IMG/VR virus record: IMGVR_UViG_2900277485_000004
Location: 1,965-65,964 of that record
Length of the DNA stretch: 64,000 nt
Source: a virus
Taxonomy: Duplodnaviria > Caudoviricetes
Reading direction: 5' to 3' (one strand)
The stretch's first letter is position 1; every line of letters begins with the position of its first letter. A model generated the notes under the pieces. That model was given only the letters and a program-made list of their open reading frames with translations. It did no database searches and was not told the DNA's origin. Shown here in pieces: positions 1 to 8,684 of this stretch. The position numbers and the translations under genes are program-made.

Positions 1-136
1 CGAAGAAGCGCACGTAGGCGTCGCCGTCCGGGAAGACGCTCACCAGGGTTCCGTGGCGGGTTCCGAACTGGCACTGCACCTCATCTGGAGGGCGCACCGT
101 GACACCGTTGCCATCCACAAATCCGGGCTCAATCAC
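1..136 (-). CDS. Hypothetical protein, truncated by the left window edge
   Basis: GTG at 136 preceded by a GGAGG RBS; open frame VIEPGFVDGNG...YVRFF runs off the edge. Confidence 0.5.
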   Translation of the reverse strand, partial: MIEPGFVDGNGVTVRPPDEVQCQFGTRHGTLVSVFPDGDAYVRFF

Positions 137-150
137 GCTCGCCTCCCTCG

Positions 151-351
151 CTAGCCCCGCACAGATGATCGGCCTCGGGCCTTGCTCGGGATCCTGCCCT
201 GACTGGCATCAACGCCCAGGCTGAACGCAGCGCTGTTGAGCACGGCCTGCGCGTGAGGGTCGTTCATGCTGCGGGCGCGATCGGCGAGCCAGGTCACGTC
301 GGCGCGGAGGCCGTCGCGGTAGCCGCGGCCGTAGTCGGGGAGGCTGCTCAT
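151..351 (-). CDS. Hypothetical early protein
   Basis: 66-aa ORF tiled with its neighbours in the leftward operon. Confidence 0.6.
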   Translation of the reverse strand: MSSLPDYGRGYRDGLRADVTWLADRARSMNDPHAQAVLNSAAFSLGVDASQGRIPSKARGRSSVRG

Positions 352-608
352 GGCTTGCCCGCCTCGGCTGCTCGCAGGTAGGCCCCGTCGAGTTCCATCT
401 TCCAGAACACCGCCTCGTCTATCGCGCTTTGGTCGATCCGGCCGCCGAACAGCACGTAGAGGGCAGCGGCGTTCGCTTCTGCTTCAGCGAGACGCTTCTT
501 CACGTAGGCGACCTCGCGCGGCGTGTTGCCCGCGGCCATCGCCTTTCGCAGGCGCCCGATGCGGATCATGAGATCGTCGGTCAGCGGAACGGTTCTAACC
601 TTGTGCAT
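348..608 (-). CDS. Hypothetical early protein
   Basis: Start MHKVRT at 608 after a GAGG RBS; 4-bp overlap with the next gene. Confidence 0.6.
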   Translation of the reverse strand: MHKVRTVPLTDDLMIRIGRLRKAMAAGNTPREVAYVKKRLAEAEANAAALYVLFGGRIDQSAIDEAVFWKMELDGAYLRAAEAGKP

Positions 609-828
609 TCTGTTCACCTCCCTCGTTGACTGGGATGCCGGAGGCGCGGGCGCGGGAGAGGAGAACCCGGTTCGCGGCCGTGATCGCTTCAACGAATGCC
701 GGCCCAGGGCCGAGCTTGCCGTTGTGCCGGGGGCGCCAGGCGTCCCAAGCCGCAGCGATCATCTCCGGGTCGGGTTGCTCAAGGCCGCAGACGAGGACGC
801 GCAGCCCTGCCTTGGTGCTATTCGGCAT
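595..828 (-). CDS. Hypothetical early protein
   Basis: Start MPNST at 828; overlaps tile with both neighbours. Confidence 0.55.
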   Translation of the reverse strand: MPNSTKAGLRVLVCGLEQPDPEMIAAAWDAWRPRHNGKLGPGPAFVEAITAANRVLLSRARASGIPVNEGGEQNAQG

Positions 829-1093
829 GGGCGATCTCCCGTCCCTTGTTGATTGCCGCCCAGCAGGCGCACTCGCGCGAAAAACCGCCGTCGTCACGAT
901 GAACGCACTGGAAAACCAATCCGCCTAGATCGCGCTCAAGCATGAGATCGTCGAAGTCGTCGTCTGAAAGCCCCTGCGGATTGCTGCGGCGGAAAGCGCA
1001 CACGTCGCACGCTTTCCGCCAGGGCTTGCCATCCGGGTGCGCCGGCTTGGTGTCGTCGTGGAAGCGGTCGTTGCTGAGATAAAGCATCGTCAC
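818..1093 (-). CDS. Hypothetical Cys-rich (possible Zn-binding) protein
   Basis: CDVC, CVH and CAC motifs; coupled to neighbours. Confidence 0.6.
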   Translation of the reverse strand: MTMLYLSNDRFHDDTKPAHPDGKPWRKACDVCAFRRSNPQGLSDDDFDDLMLERDLGGLVFQCVHRDDGGFSRECACWAAINKGREIAHAE

Positions 1094-1482
1094 CGCTCCC
1101 CTTCCGGATGGCTCGGGGTGGGGTACTCAGCGCGGCTGACATCGATCGACGGCCAGCGCTTCGCGTAAAGCGACAGATGCACCTTGGCACCCTCGACCAT
1201 CTGGGCGGCGCTGATGGTGAGGCTGGGCGCGAAGATGATGCTGTTCGACCCGCCGCGGCTGTCGACGCTGTAGTCCCAGAACGCGAGGGCGGAGTAGCCC
1301 TGGGCGCCGAGCCGGGTCAGGGCCGCCACCCTCTCCCCGACGGAAGACGGGAAGCAGAGGCTGCCGTCGAAGCGGGAAAGCGGATGCCTGTAGGTCCGCT
1401 CTTGCCGGCCGTTCCCATGCCACAGGAAGTGCCCGGCTTGCCCGTGGCAGCCGAAGTACAGCCAAGGGCGCTCACTACCCAT
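1090..1482 (-). CDS. Hypothetical early protein
   Basis: 130-aa ORF with 4-8 bp overlaps to neighbours. Confidence 0.65.
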   Translation of the reverse strand: MGSERPWLYFGCHGQAGHFLWHGNGRQERTYRHPLSRFDGSLCFPSSVGERVAALTRLGAQGYSALAFWDYSVDSRGGSNSIIFAPSLTISAAQMVEGAKVHLSLYAKRWPSIDVSRAEYPTPSHPEGER

Positions 1483-1942
1483 GATCGGCCTCCCGTGCGA
1501 GAAGGGCGGACAGGAGGGCGGCGATCAGGGCGAGGCATTCACGATGCGGCCCGTCGCCAGGCTTCAGGTCGGCATGGAAGCCTTCGTGGAAGCGCTCCTC
1601 TGGCCATTCAGCCTTCAGCCGCTCGGCCGCCGGGCCGTTGTAGTCGGGGCCGATGCTGGCGTGGCCGGTCAGGGAGCACAGTCCGGAGGATGCCCACCAG
1701 TCGGGCAGGACACGGCGGATAAGGTCTCGCGCCTCGTCCACCCGCAACGTCGGGTGAAAGCCAAGGCCAAGCCACCGCTTGGGCCAATCGTGGATAGGGC
1801 CGCCGAGCAAGGCCAGCAAATCGGCCTCAAGCATGAGGTCGCCGCCCTCGGCCTCCTCCACCCTCGCCAGCAACGCGCGCAGCTCGTCAGCCCTCGACAC
1901 GGGAGGTCTCCTGGGTAGGGGTGGATGAAAGGGCTCGATCAA
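1475..1942 (-). CDS. Hypothetical early protein
   Basis: ELRALLARVEEAEGGDLMLEADL...HPT pattern typical of alphaproteobacterial phage early hypotheticals; start uncertain. Confidence 0.6.
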   Translation of the reverse strand: MIEPFHPPLPRRPPVSRADELRALLARVEEAEGGDLMLEADLLALLGGPIHDWPKRWLGLGFHPTLRVDEARDLIRRVLPDWWASSGLCSLTGHASIGPDYNGPAAERLKAEWPEERFHEGFHADLKPGDGPHRECLALIAALLSALLAREADHG

Positions 1943-2672
1943 GGGCGCGCAGTTGACCGAGATAGACTGGCACCGTCACGTTGTCGGACGTGCCAGGGGA
2001 GCCGCTACGCATGCAGTCCCAGTTGGAGGCTATACGTGCAAGGGGAGCCGCAGCCTTGCTCAGGGTGCTGATAGCCTCCTTCGCCCTGCGCTCGCTTTCC
2101 GCGAGGGCGGTGGAGAGAGATTGTATCTGATCTTGAAGGGACTTTAGGTCAGGCGCCTCGACTGCGTCGACCGCGCTGTCGTCCTTCGGATCAAGCCCCT
2201 TCGGGTCTTGCCGGCTGACGCCGCTTCCATCGGCTGGCGCGGGCTCTTCGTCGTCCGGACCATCAACCCCGAAACAATGTCCGCCGCAGCATTGCCCGAC
2301 ATCATACAGCGACCGGTTCGGGCAGGGATGCCCGTCATCGGGGGCAAACAGCATCGGCGTCCAGGCCGTCACCGGCCATTCGATTGGCAGCCCAGGCGCA
2401 TCTTTGCCCGTGAGCGTGTACCAGCGCCCGTCTTTTCGGTAGCCGATACCGCCAGAGATGATGACGATCTCCATCGGGATCACATCATCCGGGTGGTACC
2501 AGGCGACCGTGTCCGATCCTCTCAGGCGGCGCTCGCTGAAGCTGCGCGAGGGATCGAAACCCTCCGGGCGGGAACCCGCAGGGGTCCCGGGCGAAGCCTG
2601 AGAGCCCGTCCCGGAGGGCGCGCCCTTCTCATCTCCCCCACACACAGGGGCACTGGTACGGTCAGAGGACAT
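1887..2672 (-). CDS. Modular hypothetical protein containing two in-frame hairpin-derived linkers
   Basis: Start MSSDRT at 2672; shares DNA elements and C-terminal coil with 61946..62620. Confidence 0.55.
   Translation of the reverse strand: MSSDRTSAPVCGGDEKGAPSGTGSQASPGTPAGSRPEGFDPSRSFSERRLRGSDTVAWYHPDDVIPMEIVIISGGIGYRKDGRWYTLTGKDAPGLPIEWPVTAWTPMLFAPDDGHPCPNRSLYDVGQCCGGHCFGVDGPDDEEPAPADGSGVSRQDPKGLDPKDDSAVDAVEAPDLKSLQDQIQSLSTALAESERRAKEAISTLSKAAAPLARIASNWDCMRSGSPGTSDNVTVPVYLGQLRALDRALSSTPTQETSRVEG
2544..2624. repeat. Dispersed element A, copy 1 (copy 2 at 62516-62599)
   Basis: GCGCGAGGGATCGAAA (16/16) and TGAGAGCCCGTCCCGRAGGGCGCGCC (25/26) shared at the two ends, divergent middle. Confidence 0.75.
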
Positions 2673-2673
2673 C

Positions 2674-3051
2674 TCAGAGCCCTCCCTGCCGCGGAGCACG
2701 AACCAGCGTGACGCCCTGGCGCTGAAGCTGACCGGCGACGAACCGAGCCGTTTCCGTGTCACAGCCGGCAGCCCAGAGCATCACTTCCTCGTCGCTGGCT
2801 GGTCGGCCGTCGGCTGCTTCAGGGAACGAGCGCTCAGGTTCGATGCGCTCTTCCAGCACAACGGTTGGCTGGTACATGTCGAGGTCGCGCGCCCAGTCCG
2901 CACGGGTCATGCGCTTCTCGGCCTGAAAAGCCTTCTCGTCGGCGAACCGCACGGGGACGCCGATGGCCTTCATGGCGATCTCAATCTCGCCGAGGACTGC
3001 AGACTTGCCGCAGCCTACCGGCCCGGCCACGATCACGCGCACGTTGGTCAT
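2674..3051 (-). CDS. Hypothetical protein with an N-terminal Walker A-like motif
   Basis: VIVAGPVGCGKS at the N-terminus; too short for a complete NTPase fold. Confidence 0.55.
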   Translation of the reverse strand: MTNVRVIVAGPVGCGKSAVLGEIEIAMKAIGVPVRFADEKAFQAEKRMTRADWARDLDMYQPTVVLEERIEPERSFPEAADGRPASDEEVMLWAAGCDTETARFVAGQLQRQGVTLVRAPRQGGL

Positions 3052-4589
3052 CGATCGTTCTCCTCTCTGGCGAGGGCGATGCGGCGGCGATAGTCTTGCC
3101 AAGCGCGCAGGATCATCAGTCCAACCGCCCCGATGGAAAGCTGTGCGACTCCCACCCAAAATATGAGCGAATTATCTAGTGAGGCGAGGATCAGGACTGC
3201 GCCGGCTATGCCTGCGATGAATAGAAAATCATCCAGATCACGCATCCTGGCCCCCGCTCTTCTCCTGGGAGGGAGAGAGAGAGAGAGAGGACGCCATGCC
3301 TCGGGCTGCATGCTTGGGCAGTGGTCGACGTTACTGGACCAGCACGCGCCTTCAGACCAGCACGGCGGGTGCTCTCCCTCGCGCGTCGCCTGCCACTGAT
3401 CGCAGACGTGCTCATTCTCGGTCATGCCAGCTTCCGGCACGAGCTTGGCACGGAAGGTCATAAAGCCAGTCCTGACCTCGACCTCGGTGTCCATCGGCGC
3501 CGTCTCTAACGACTGCCAACCGCCGGGCGCCTGGCCTTCGGCCACCGGGCTCGCGGCCTCCGGCCTCGGCAGCATCGTGGCGAGCCCTTGCTTCTCCGAC
3601 GTGGCGTTGAACTTGGCGACGACAGCCGCATCGAGATCGATGCCGGCGGTGATGGCGCACAGGTCGGCGCAGATCACGACATCGGCGAGTTCCTGCGCCA
3701 GGTCATCCAAGGTTGCCCGGGAGCCGCGCCAGCCTTGGCGTTCGCGCTCCAGCTTCTTAATGACGTTCTGCGCCTCGCCGCACTCACCGCCGAGTTCGTT
3801 GCCGCGGAAAGACAGGTCCGGCACCTGATCGGGGCACCATTCGGCCTGCCGGGCGATGTTGGCGGCGTGCAGAGCGCGTAGGGTCAGCCCGTGCCCGTCA
3901 GGGCGGCGCCCCTCAGTCCGGCTCCCCTCCTCCTGACGGGAGGGAGTGTGGAGATCCCGAATGTGCTTGAAGATGGCTGCCGACGCCTGCCGCATCTTGC
4001 CAGCGTTAAGCATGACCGAAGCTGCATCGGCAGTAGCGGCATGGGGCGTGAGGTAGAACAGGGCTTCGGCCGCTTCCCTCGCCACCTGGATCTCTGTCTG
4101 GGTTGGTGGGGATAGCGCCTCGCCTACGGCGATCGGGGCCAGCGACAGGATGCAGTAGCCGTCCTGAAGCCCGAACTCGCCCGGCTTGAGGATGTTGGTG
4201 ATGCGGCGATCAAGCGCCGGTGCCGGCAGATAGCCGCGGGCGGGATCATAGCAGCGCAGACGCACAGTCTGACCGACATGGTAGCCGCCGCGATCATCCT
4301 TCCGGAACTCGAACGTCTTCTCGCCACGAGCCACCGGCCAGAACACGTCTGGGTGCGACTTGAACTCGTGGTCGATCTTTTCCCCCTCTATCAAGGAAGG
4401 GGGAGCATCCTGGGCCATACCTGCGGTATCGGTAGGCAACTCCTTCACAGCTTGGTAGGCCGCATAAAAGCTGTCGGTCCGCGCTATGCCAAGCGCGCCG
4501 CTATGATCCGGCGAGAAGTTGCAGGCAGCGGCGTGCCGGAGCTTCTGAATTGCCTCAAGGGCTGCTTGGCGGGAAATGAGATCGATCAT
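3048..4589 (-). CDS. Multidomain fusion: DUF3850/ASCH domain + MazG-like nucleotide pyrophosphohydrolase + DUF551-like domain + C-terminal TM segment
   Basis: HEFKSHPDVFWPVARGEKTFEFRKDDRGGYHVG (ASCH/DUF3850); GNELGGECGEAQNVIKK...ELADVVICADL (MazG EXXE/ELAD motifs); WQSLETAPMD...PEAWRPL (DUF551-like). Confidence 0.7.
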   Translation of the reverse strand: MIDLISRQAALEAIQKLRHAAACNFSPDHSGALGIARTDSFYAAYQAVKELPTDTAGMAQDAPPSLIEGEKIDHEFKSHPDVFWPVARGEKTFEFRKDDRGGYHVGQTVRLRCYDPARGYLPAPALDRRITNILKPGEFGLQDGYCILSLAPIAVGEALSPPTQTEIQVAREAAEALFYLTPHAATADAASVMLNAGKMRQASAAIFKHIRDLHTPSRQEEGSRTEGRRPDGHGLTLRALHAANIARQAEWCPDQVPDLSFRGNELGGECGEAQNVIKKLERERQGWRGSRATLDDLAQELADVVICADLCAITAGIDLDAAVVAKFNATSEKQGLATMLPRPEAASPVAEGQAPGGWQSLETAPMDTEVEVRTGFMTFRAKLVPEAGMTENEHVCDQWQATREGEHPPCWSEGACWSSNVDHCPSMQPEAWRPLSLSLPPRRRAGARMRDLDDFLFIAGIAGAVLILASLDNSLIFWVGVAQLSIGAVGLMILRAWQDYRRRIALAREENDR

Positions 4590-4591
4590 GC

Positions 4592-4843
4592 TCAGGCCTC
4601 CCGGGTCGGGAGGGAGGAAGGCTCTTCAACCGGCAGGCGCACGATGGCCTCAACCGATTTCAAGTCGAGGCTGTATATGTCCAGCCAAGTCTGATGCGGC
4701 GCGCCCTGCTGGTTCATGCGCACGCCGTTCAGCGATCCGTCAGTGCCCGCCCGAGCACCATATTCCGTGACGCCGTCGATGATGACGCTGTTGCCGGACT
4801 TGAAGAAAATCTTCATGCGAAACACAGTGCCTTGTTCGATCAC
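4592..4843 (-). CDS. Hypothetical protein
   Basis: 83-aa ORF tiled in the operon. Confidence 0.55.
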   Translation of the reverse strand: MIEQGTVFRMKIFFKSGNSVIIDGVTEYGARAGTDGSLNGVRMNQQGAPHQTWLDIYSLDLKSVEAIVRLPVEEPSSLPTREA

Positions 4844-4888
4844 GGCTCTATTCTCCTGGCGTAGCGGGGTCAGGCGGAGGGGATAAGC

Positions 4889-5653
4889 TCAAGAGAAGCA
4901 GGCGCCCACTTCGGCTTGTCCGCCTCGATTTGCGCGAAGTTCGTCGGGTGCTGCCGGCGGAGATCCGGCGTTCGAGGACCGGCGATCCAGCCAGCCGCCA
5001 GGGCAGAGCCAACTCGTCGGCGAAAGCTGAAGGTGCTTGAAATCGGCACGGGTGACCGGCCGCTCGCCAGCCAGGATCAGGAGCTTGATCGCCTTGACCT
5101 TCCACGCCGTGAGGCTAACCGGTGCTGGGACTCCTGCGGCCACATCCGGCACATAGTCCGGCAGTGCGCAGCGCTTCTGCGGCAACCATTCGTGCCAGAG
5201 CTGCATGTCGTGCCGCCAATAGCTCTCAACCGGAAGGGCGGGGCTAAACTCAGGGCCACGAGCCCATTTATCGTAATAGCCTTCGCCTGGGCCGCCGTGG
5301 TGCTCAATCACGGTGATGCCGAGGGCATCGCAGATCGCCCGGACATCGCTGTTGCACTTCCCCGCCGGCACCAGGACGGCGCGGTAGTCGGGTCCCTCGT
5401 GATCTCCGTACCAAGACATGCGCGGCGGCAGGACCTGGGCGACGACACGGGGGTTGAGCGCCAGCTTCGCCTCGATACCGACCTGGACACCGTCCGACGC
5501 CCTGACCAGCAGGATGTCGAACCCGGCGGTCTCTGGGTAGGCGACCCACTGAGGCTCGTCCCGGCGATGCTTCGTTGCCGCGGCGACGAAGGAAGAGCAG
5601 AGGTCGGCTTCCGAGATCGCCCCACCCTGCCTCTTTGAGAAGTGATCACCCAC
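4889..5653 (-). CDS. Putative PD-(D/E)xK-fold nuclease-like protein
   Basis: SEADL...YPETAGFDILL...GIEAK pattern matches the E...D...ExK nuclease signature. Confidence 0.5.
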   Translation of the reverse strand: MGDHFSKRQGGAISEADLCSSFVAAATKHRRDEPQWVAYPETAGFDILLVRASDGVQVGIEAKLALNPRVVAQVLPPRMSWYGDHEGPDYRAVLVPAGKCNSDVRAICDALGITVIEHHGGPGEGYYDKWARGPEFSPALPVESYWRHDMQLWHEWLPQKRCALPDYVPDVAAGVPAPVSLTAWKVKAIKLLILAGERPVTRADFKHLQLSPTSWLCPGGWLDRRSSNAGSPPAAPDELRANRGGQAEVGACFS

Positions 5654-5861
5654 GCCTCACCTCCCCTGAGAGAGGGAGAGCGGAAGACGAAAGAAGCTCA
5701 TAGACAGCTGTCAGAGCGTCATAGTCGCCCTCTGGCACCTCGTAGGTGTTCCAGGTGTATCCGCAGTCGGTACAGCGACGACGCCTCTTGACCGTCTCTG
5801 CGGTTGATCGGCTATCGATGACCCGCACCTCGGGCCACTGGCAGTGACGGCAGATCATCAT
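5646..5861 (-). CDS. NrdR-like zinc-ribbon protein lacking the ATP cone
   Basis: CRHC...VRVIDSR...KRRRRCTDCGYTWNTYE closely parallels the NrdR N-terminal domain. Confidence 0.7.
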   Translation of the reverse strand: MMICRHCQWPEVRVIDSRSTAETVKRRRRCTDCGYTWNTYEVPEGDYDALTAVYELLSSSALPLSGEVRRG

Positions 5862-6238
5862 CAGACGCCCTTTCTCACGTAGCCAGAAGCGCGGCGCTGC
5901 GGCGGGGCCTTGTCGAACCCTCGGCTTTGCAGCTTCTTCGCACCGTTCTTCGGGATGCCGAGGTTCTGAGCCTTGGCCCGGCGAGCGTGACCGGCAGCGG
6001 CGTGGTCGGCTGCGTCCTTCTCAGCCTTGCAGCCGTAGTGCGCGGGGCCGCAGTTCTCGTCGATGTCAGGGCCGCCGAGTTCAAGCGCGATGCGGTGCTC
6101 GATGAACCAGCGGTCACGCGTGCCGTCGATCGGTAGCCCGCAGGTGATGCAACGACCTCCTGCGGCCTCCCAGATGCGCAACACACGGCCGCGGCTCATG
6201 GATCGGCGCTTGGTAGTGCCCACGTCTACGAAGGCCAT
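5861..6238 (-). CDS. HNH endonuclease
   Basis: CITC...IEHRIALELGGPDIDENCGPAHYGC. Confidence 0.8.
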   Translation of the reverse strand: MAFVDVGTTKRRSMSRGRVLRIWEAAGGRCITCGLPIDGTRDRWFIEHRIALELGGPDIDENCGPAHYGCKAEKDAADHAAAGHARRAKAQNLGIPKNGAKKLQSRGFDKAPPQRRASGYVRKGV

Positions 6239-6480
6239 CAGCGACGCCCCCTGAGGTGCGCAGCCACCATCCTCGCAGGGATGATCGCGTAATTGACTGG
6301 ACGCCCCTCGTAATCGCGCTCCCATCGCCCGCCGTAGATCCGCCCGTCGGGATGCTCGGCGGCCTGTAAGACCCGATACCGCTCGGCAGCCGTCTCTATG
6401 ACGGACTCAAGGGATCCGGTGCTGATAGGGGTGAGGGCCGAGATGGCGCGGCCCTGGCAGAGGCAGAGGCTCCACTGCAT
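6238..6480 (-). CDS. Hypothetical protein
   Basis: TGATG-coupled to both neighbours. Confidence 0.5.
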   Translation of the reverse strand: MQWSLCLCQGRAISALTPISTGSLESVIETAAERYRVLQAAEHPDGRIYGGRWERDYEGRPVNYAIIPARMVAAHLRGRR

Positions 6481-7046
6481 CACGCGGCATCCCTCTGCCA
6501 CATCTCGAACTCAGCGGTTAGAGAGCCCCAGCGATCATTAGCGTAAGCATCGCCGCTGATCTCGCGTCTGCTCTCAACTCCGCAAAAGATGCGGACGACT
6601 TCGGCGGCGACCTCAACATCAGTCAGCGGCTTGCCGCGCTGTCCACAATTGTAGCCTGCGGTGTCCCATAGGCTTGGGCGAGAATGCTTTAGCCAATGCT
6701 GAAACGTCAGGCTGCCACACGTCATCGCGACCTTGCCGGCAAGAGACACAGGCTTGCGCTCAGAAGCGGGAGAGGCCGATGCCGGCCGGCTGCCCTCGCT
6801 GACGCGAAGGCGATCGGCCTCTCCCTGGGCTGAGTGGTTTGAACGCTGCTCAGCCGTCTCTTGCTGCCGGCGATCGTGCGCCGTAGCAGCCTCTTTTGTG
6901 ATCCTTGCGAGTGCGATGGACGTTCCAGGGCTGCCGAGAAGACTGAAGGCATCAGCCGCAGCGCTAGGCTCGACATCGAGGACAATACGCATCGTGCCGT
7001 CCACGAGTGTGCTCATCTTGACGTATGAAGCGAGGACGGCGCTCAT
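6480..7046 (-). CDS. Hypothetical protein
   Basis: Start MSAVL at 7046; coupled to neighbours. Confidence 0.6.
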   Translation of the reverse strand: MSAVLASYVKMSTLVDGTMRIVLDVEPSAAADAFSLLGSPGTSIALARITKEAATAHDRRQQETAEQRSNHSAQGEADRLRVSEGSRPASASPASERKPVSLAGKVAMTCGSLTFQHWLKHSRPSLWDTAGYNCGQRGKPLTDVEVAAEVVRIFCGVESRREISGDAYANDRWGSLTAEFEMWQRDAA

Positions 7047-7339
7047 TCGACATCCTTTCGGCGCTTGAACACGGCCACGGGCCTGTGATGGCAAGTTGAG
7101 CGTCCGCTATTCGCATGTCCGACCTTCACCCATTCATTGCGAGTGAAGACGGCGCCGCAGACGCGCGGGTCAATATGCGATGGCGGAGGCGCTACCGCGC
7201 GAACGTCATCTATCGTGAGCGATCGGCCATCTTTGCCGAGTTCGGCAGCTACCCTGCGAGCGTGGGCTAGCCAATCGCCTCGATGCTCTTCGAAAAGCGG
7301 CAAGACAGCCTGCTCGAAAAGGGATGGCTGCCGGGTCAT
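7043..7339 (-). CDS. Hypothetical protein
   Basis: 98-aa ORF with 4-bp overlaps. Confidence 0.65.
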   Translation of the reverse strand: MTRQPSLFEQAVLPLFEEHRGDWLAHARRVAAELGKDGRSLTIDDVRAVAPPPSHIDPRVCGAVFTRNEWVKVGHANSGRSTCHHRPVAVFKRRKDVE

Positions 7340-7962
7340 TCGGCGGCCTCAGTCTTCGGGCTCACCGCGTTGACGCGGTCCATCAGCCGGCTTTTAATGG
7401 CCGCGATCTCGTCAGGGCGGATGTCGAAGTCCCGGCACGCCTGCTTGCGCTCCTCCGAGTTCCACCAGCGGATCAAGCTGCCAGCTTCATGAGCCTTTTC
7501 AATCCGGCTGTAGCACTCGGCGATAAACCGGCTGGCGGCCTCGTCTTCGTCCGGTGCGCCAGCGGCGGCGCGGCCTGGCTTGAACTCATCGGCCTCGTTC
7601 TCAGAATAGACGATGCCGTGCAGGCCGATGAGCTTAAGGACGACGCGGTCAACCGCCCTCTTCTCCGCCATCGCCCAGACGTAGGCCGCCTGCTTGCCAG
7701 AAACGCGATAGTTCACGTTGACCATCGCCTCACCGATCGACCAGACCGTCATGTCGCCAAGGCGTCCGGTGACGAGGATCACGGCCTCATCACGTTCAGC
7801 GCGAAGGATCTGCGGAGGGTCAAACCGGATGCCGGCCTTGGCGGCGATGCGTTCGATGGCGCGGTGATAGATGACCGTGGCGCTCTGCACCTTCCAAGTC
7901 GCAGACCGCACGTCCTCATCGTACTTCGCAAGGATGTCCCGAATGGTGGTGTCGGCGCTCAT
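7336..7962 (-). CDS. Putative single-strand annealing/recombination protein
   Basis: AMAEKRAVDRVVLKLIGLHGIVYSENEADEF resembles the C-terminal core motif of phage Rad52/Sak-like SSAPs; lies in the usual recombination-gene position; assignment is inference. Confidence 0.45.
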   Translation of the reverse strand: MSADTTIRDILAKYDEDVRSATWKVQSATVIYHRAIERIAAKAGIRFDPPQILRAERDEAVILVTGRLGDMTVWSIGEAMVNVNYRVSGKQAAYVWAMAEKRAVDRVVLKLIGLHGIVYSENEADEFKPGRAAAGAPDEDEAASRFIAECYSRIEKAHEAGSLIRWWNSEERKQACRDFDIRPDEIAAIKSRLMDRVNAVSPKTEAAE

Positions 7963-8147
7963 GGGGCGCGATCTCCGGTCTGAGACTTGCCTGTGTCGTC
8001 GATGATCTGCTGGAGCGATTGGGCGAAAGCTGAGCGATCAGCAGGGCTCAGTGTCTCGCCGTATGCTGAGCGGGCTTCTTGAGCAGCGGTGACGAGTTCA
8101 CGGCCGTTCTGCTCGTAGTCGGGGGCGTTGCCGTCGTCGCCGATCAC
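7959..8147 (-). CDS. Hypothetical protein
   Basis: GTG start at 8147; 4-bp overlaps. Confidence 0.45.
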   Translation of the reverse strand: MIGDDGNAPDYEQNGRELVTAAQEARSAYGETLSPADRSAFAQSLQQIIDDTGKSQTGDRAP

Positions 8148-8350
8148 AGCGCGCCCCCGAGCAGCCAGCGGGTGACAGCGGCGAAGATGATCGCGAGTGC
8201 GACACATCCGAAGAGCGCCCTCCTCTCATAGGCGCGCCGCGCAGATTTGGGAGGCGCGTTCACCCCGTCGATGAGTGCGGAGATGGACGCCAGCAAAAAC
8301 AGGGTGGCCATGCCGTAGCCCGGGACTGCAATGAGCAGGGTGCCAATCAC
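8144..8350 (-). CDS. Small two-TM membrane protein
   Basis: Two hydrophobic segments; tiled in the operon. Confidence 0.5.
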   Translation of the reverse strand: MIGTLLIAVPGYGMATLFLLASISALIDGVNAPPKSARRAYERRALFGCVALAIIFAAVTRWLLGGAL

Positions 8351-8354
8351 GCCC

Positions 8355-8684
8355 CTACTCCGCGGCCTGCCGCACCGAAGCCGGTGCGAGCGATTGCAGG
8401 ATGTCGAGGCCGACAGGCTCGCCGAGGCCGAAAGGGTCATGGATCCTGAGGATCGCACTGAGCTTCACGTCTTCTTCGCGGAGCCGGCGGCGAAGCTCGC
8501 GGATGCTGTCGGCCTGAGACGGGGCGAGGTAGGCCGTCCGCTCGGCAGCATGAGCGAGGCGGGTCCGACCGTGCATCAGGGCAGTGATGCCGCGGCTGCA
8601 ATCGCCGACAGCCTCGCCGAAGGGATCGGAAGCCGGGAGAGCGTCCAGGCTGGAAGCGACAGAGAGCAGCGCGTGCATGGTCAC
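8355..8684 (-). CDS. Hypothetical protein
   Basis: 109-aa ORF tiled in the operon. Confidence 0.5.
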   Translation of the reverse strand: MTMHALLSVASSLDALPASDPFGEAVGDCSRGITALMHGRTRLAHAAERTAYLAPSQADSIRELRRRLREEDVKLSAILRIHDPFGLGEPVGLDILQSLAPASVRQAAE

